A stretch of DNA of 64,000 bases, from contig NC_086108.1 of NCBI RefSeq assembly GCF_963921235.1, positions 95,790,001 through 95,854,000 of the forward strand, in the 5' to 3' direction. The notes below the pieces were generated by a model, which did not search any database, had not been told where the DNA came from, and was given only the letters and a program-made list of their open reading frames with translations. This document shows, piece by piece, positions 60,123-64,000 of this stretch. The DNA comes from Mobula hypostoma. Lineage: Eukaryota. The position numbers were made by a program, and so were the translations under genes. Positions within the stretch are counted from its first letter, which is position 1; the number at the start of each line of letters is the position of its first letter.

Positions 60123-61370
60123 GGAAACATTTTGGAGGGGGAATAGCCAGATGTCTTGGTACATATTGGTACCAATGACATAGGAAGGACATACAATGAG
60201 GTCCTGAAGAGGGGATTTAGAGAGCTCGGGAGAACGGAGAAGCATGACCTCCAGGGTAGTAATTTCTGCATTGCTGCCTGTGCCACCCGCCAGTGAGGGT
60301 AGAAACAGGATGATCTGGCAGATAAATGCGTGGCTGAGAAACTGGTGCAGGGGGCAGGGCTTCAAGTTCTTGGATCACTGGGATCTCTTCTGGGGGAGGT
60401 ATGACCTGTTCAAAAGTGATGGGTTGCACCTGAACCTGAGGGGGAACCAATATTCTCACAGGCAGGTTTGTTAGAGCTGTTGGGGAGGCTTTAAACTAAT
60501 GTGGTGATGGCGGGGGTGAGAACCAGAGTGAAGGGACTCAGGATAGGACGGATGTTAAGAAAGCAAAGGTAGCATGCAGTCAGACTGTTAGGAAGGGAAG
60601 GCAGATGATAGGACAAAATTGCAGCCAGCAGGGTGAGGATCAGTGTATTAGGGATGCAGAATGAAAAAGGGTAGCAAATACAGTACTCAAAGTGTTATAT
60701 CTCAATGCACGGAGTATAAGAAATAAGGTGGATGATCTTGTTGCGCTGTTACAGTTTGTCAGGTATGATATTGTGGCCATCACTGAATCATGGCTGAAGG
60801 ATGGTTGTAGTTGGAAACTGAAGGTCCAAGGTTACACATTGTATTGGAGGGATAGGAAGGTAGACAGAGGGGGTGGAATGGCACCAATTCATTAGAAAGA
60901 TAAAACATAGGATCAGAAGATGTTGAATCTTTGTGAGTTGAGTACTCACAAAGTCCTTTGAGGACGTTGATCGTAGTTATATACAGGCTTCCCAACAGTA
61001 GCTGGGATGTTGACTACAGTTACAATGGGAAATAGAAAAGGAGTGTCAAAAGGGCAATGTTATGATAGTCATGGGAGCTTTCAACATGCAGGTTGAATGT
61101 AAAAATCAGGTTGGAAATGGATCTCAGGAGACTGAGTTTGTTGAATGCCTAGAGTAGTTTGTCATTGAGTCTACTAGGGGATCAGCTGTACCAGCTTGGT
61201 TGTTATGTAATGAACCGGAGGTGATTAGAGCATTTAAGGTAAGGTAACACTGAGGAGGCAGTGTTCACGATATGATTGAGTTCAACTTGAAATTTGAAAG
61301 AGAGAAAGTAAAGTCTGATGTAGCAGTATTTCAGTGGAGTAAAGGAAATTACAGTGGTATAAGAGGGATT
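60123..61370 (+). mobile_element. CR1 LINE fragment (ORF1 esterase-like region and decayed APE)
   Basis: VLVHIGTNDIG, VVISALLPVP..FKFLDHWDLFWGRYDLFKSDGLHLN, LYLNARSIRNKVDDL. Confidence 0.85.
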
Positions 61371-64000
61371 GGCCAATATAAAGCGGCCTTGAGGAAAGAG
61401 AAGCAGAATAAATGGTGTAAAGGTAATGAGGTAGAAGGGCTAAAGTGTGTGTACTTCATTGCAAGAAGCATCAGGAACAAAAGTGATGAACTGAGAGCTT
61501 GGATACATACATGGAATTATGATGCAGTGGCCATAACAGAGACTTGGCTGGCACCAGGACAGGAATGGATTCTCAATATTCCTGGATTTCAGTGCTTTAA
61601 AAGGGATAGAGAGGGGAGAAAACGGGAGGAGGGGTGGAATTACTGGTCAGGGATACTATTACAGCTACAGAAAGGGTGGGTAATGTAGCAGGATCCTCTT
61701 TTGAGTCAGTATGGGTAGAAGTCAGGAACAGGAAGGGAGCAGTTACTCTATTGCTGGTATTCTATAGGCCCCCTGGTAGCAGCAGAGATACCGAGGAGCA
61801 GATTGGGAGGCAGATTTTGGAAAGGTGCAAAAATAAAAGGGCTGTTATCATGGGTGACTTTAACTTCCCTAATATTGATTGGCACCTGATTAGTTCCAAT
61901 GGTTTAGACGGGGCAGTTTGTTAAGTGTGTCCAGGACGGATTCCTGTCACAGTATGTTGACAGGCCGACCAGGGGGAATGCCATACTAGATCTAGTACTA
62001 GGTAATGAACCAGGTCAGGTCACAGATATCTCAGTGGGTGAGCATCTGGGGGACAGTGACCACCACTCCCTGGCCTTTAGCATTATCATGGAAAAGGATA
62101 GAATCAGAGATGACAGGAAAATTTTTAATTGGGGAAAGGCAAATTATGAGGCTATAAGGCTAGAACTTGCGGGTGTGAATTGGGACAATGTTTTTGCAGG
62201 GAAATGTACTATGGACGTGGTCGATGTTTATACTTTATACTTCATACTTCATTGTTGCCAAACAGTTGGTACTAGAACGTACAATCATCGCAGTGATATT
62301 TGATTTTGCGCTTCACACTCCCTGGATTACAAATATTAAATATTAAAAATATTAAAAATAGTGAAAGTTAGTAAATATTAGACATTTAAATTATAAATCA
62401 TAAATAGAAAATAGAAAAATGGGAAGTAAGGTAGTGCAAAGAAACTGAGAGGTAGGTCCGGATATTTGGAGGGTGCAGCCCAGATCTGGGTCAGGATCTG
62501 TTCAGCAGTCTTATCACAGTTGGAAAGAAGCTGTTCCCAAATCTGGCCGTACGAGTCTTCAAGCTCCTGAACCTTCTCCCGGAGGGAAGAGGGACGAAAA
62601 GTTTGTTGGCTGGGTGGATCGTGTCCTTGATTATCCTGGGAGCACTGCTCCGACAGCGTGCGGTGTAAAGTGAGTCCATGGATGGAAGATTGGTTTGTGT
62701 GATGTGCTGCGCCATGTTCACGATCTTCTGCAGCTTCTTTTGGTCTTGGACAGGACAACTTCCATACCAGGTTGTGATGCACCCTAGGAGAATGCTTTCT
62801 ACGGTGCATCTACAAAAATTAGTGAGGGTTTTAGGGGACAGGCCAAATTTCCTTAGTTTTCTCAGGAAGTAAAGGCGCTGGTGGGCCTTCTTGGCAGTGA
62901 ACTCTGCTTGGTTGGACCAAGTCAGGTCATTTGTGATATTGACCCCAAGGAACTTAAAGTTTTTGACCTGTTCCACTTGTGCACCACCGATGTAAATTGT
63001 TTAGAGATCTCTTGCAGGATGTTAGGGATAAATTTGTCCTGGTGAGGAAGATAAAGAATGGGAGGGTGAAGGAACCATGGGTGAAAAGTGAGGTGGAGAA
63101 TCTAGTCAGGTGGAAAAAGGCAGCATACATGAGGTTTAGGAAGCAAGGATCAGATGGGTCTATTGAGGAATATAGGGTAGCAAGAAAACAGCTTAAGAAG
63201 AGGCTGAGGAGAGCAAGAAGGGGGCATGAGAAGGCTTTGGCAAGTAGGGTAAAGGAAAACCCCAAGGCATTCTTCAATTATGTGAAGAACAAAATGATGA
63301 CAGGAGTGAAGATAGGACTGATTAGAGATAAAGGTGGGAAGATGTGCCTGGAGGCTGTGGAAGTGAGCGAGGTCCTCAATGAGTACTTCTCTTCAGTATT
63401 CACCAATGAGAGGGAACTTGATGACGGTGAGGACAATATGAGTGAGGCTGATGTTCTGGAGCATGTTGATATTAAGGGAGAGGAGGTGTTGGAGTTGTTA
63501 AAATACATTAGGATGCATAAGTCCCAGGGGCCTGACGGAATATTCCCCAGGCTGTTCCACGAGGCGAGGGAAGAGATTGCTGAGCCTCTGGCTAGGATCT
63601 TTATGTCCTCGTTGTCCACGGGAATGGTAGTGGAGGACTGGAAGGAGGCGAATGTTGTCCCCTTGTTCAAAAAAGGTAGTAGGGATAGTCCGGGTAATTA
63701 TAGACCAGTGAGCCTTACATCTGTGGTGGGAAAGCTGTTGGAAAAGATTCTTAGAGATAGGATTTATGGGCATTTAGAGAATCATGGTCTGATCGGGGAC
63801 AGTCAGCATGGCTTTGTGAAGGGCAGATCGTGTCTAACAAGCCTGATAGAGTTCTTTGAGGAGGTGGCCAGGCATATAGATGAGGGTAGTGCAGTGGATG
63901 TGATCTACATGGATTTTAGTAAGGCATTTGACAAGATTCCACACGGTAGGCTTATTCAGAAAGTCAGAAGGCATGGGATCCAGGGAAGTTTGGCCAGGTG
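61370..64000 (+). mobile_element. Second CR1 LINE ORF2 (APE and RT), running off the window
   Basis: ARSIRNKSDEL..AITETWL, MGDFNFP, GDSDH, GNYRPVSLTSVVGKLLE, QHGFVKGRSCLT, MDFSKAFDK. Confidence 0.92.
62231..62997 (-). mobile_element. Rex1/Babar 3' fragment inserted in CR1
   Basis: ORF 62491..62976 (EQVKNFKFLGVNITNDLTWS..AHQRLYFLRKL); (AAGTAT)n tail; TSD TGTTTA (62225-62230, 62998-63003). Confidence 0.9.

Noticed and set aside
59941-60286. Pro/His/Ser-rich repetitive ORFs
   Set aside because: Translation of the minisatellite and antisense CR1
63278-63773. Minus-strand ORFs of 91-130 aa
   Set aside because: Antisense shadows of CR1 ORF2

Overview
Vertebrate genomic DNA, very probably a cartilaginous fish (ray/skate-like; inferred from the CR1 + Rex1/Babar + Penelope + V-SINE repeat mix). 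Two host genes are recognisable, both on the minus strand and in the mammalian order: the last coding exon of EPHX4 (58986-59208) and the 5' part of BTBD8 (CpG-island promoter at ~33880-34400 with four perfect CRE palindromes, probable non-coding exon 1 with donor at 33866, coding exons 27056-27192 and 12211-12411). The next BTBD8 exon was not found in the window. Most of the rest is nested transposable elements: a near full-length Rex1/Babar LINE, a decayed RTE LINE, many CR1 pieces, two Buster-type hAT non-autonomous elements with 8-bp TSDs, a deleted Gypsy provirus with a nested solo LTR, several SINE families and Penelope-like elements. The most notable hidden structure is a family of about a dozen minimal type-I hammerhead ribozyme motifs in Penelope-derived elements, several within fold-back mini-elements. 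Other highlights: an Asp-to-Glu change at the predicted EPHX4 charge-relay position, a YY1-like motif at the 5' tip of two otherwise unrelated retroelements, and a G-rich minisatellite apparently born from CR1 sequence. Family assignments are from memory of consensus motifs, not database searches; TE boundaries without a stated TSD are approximate.
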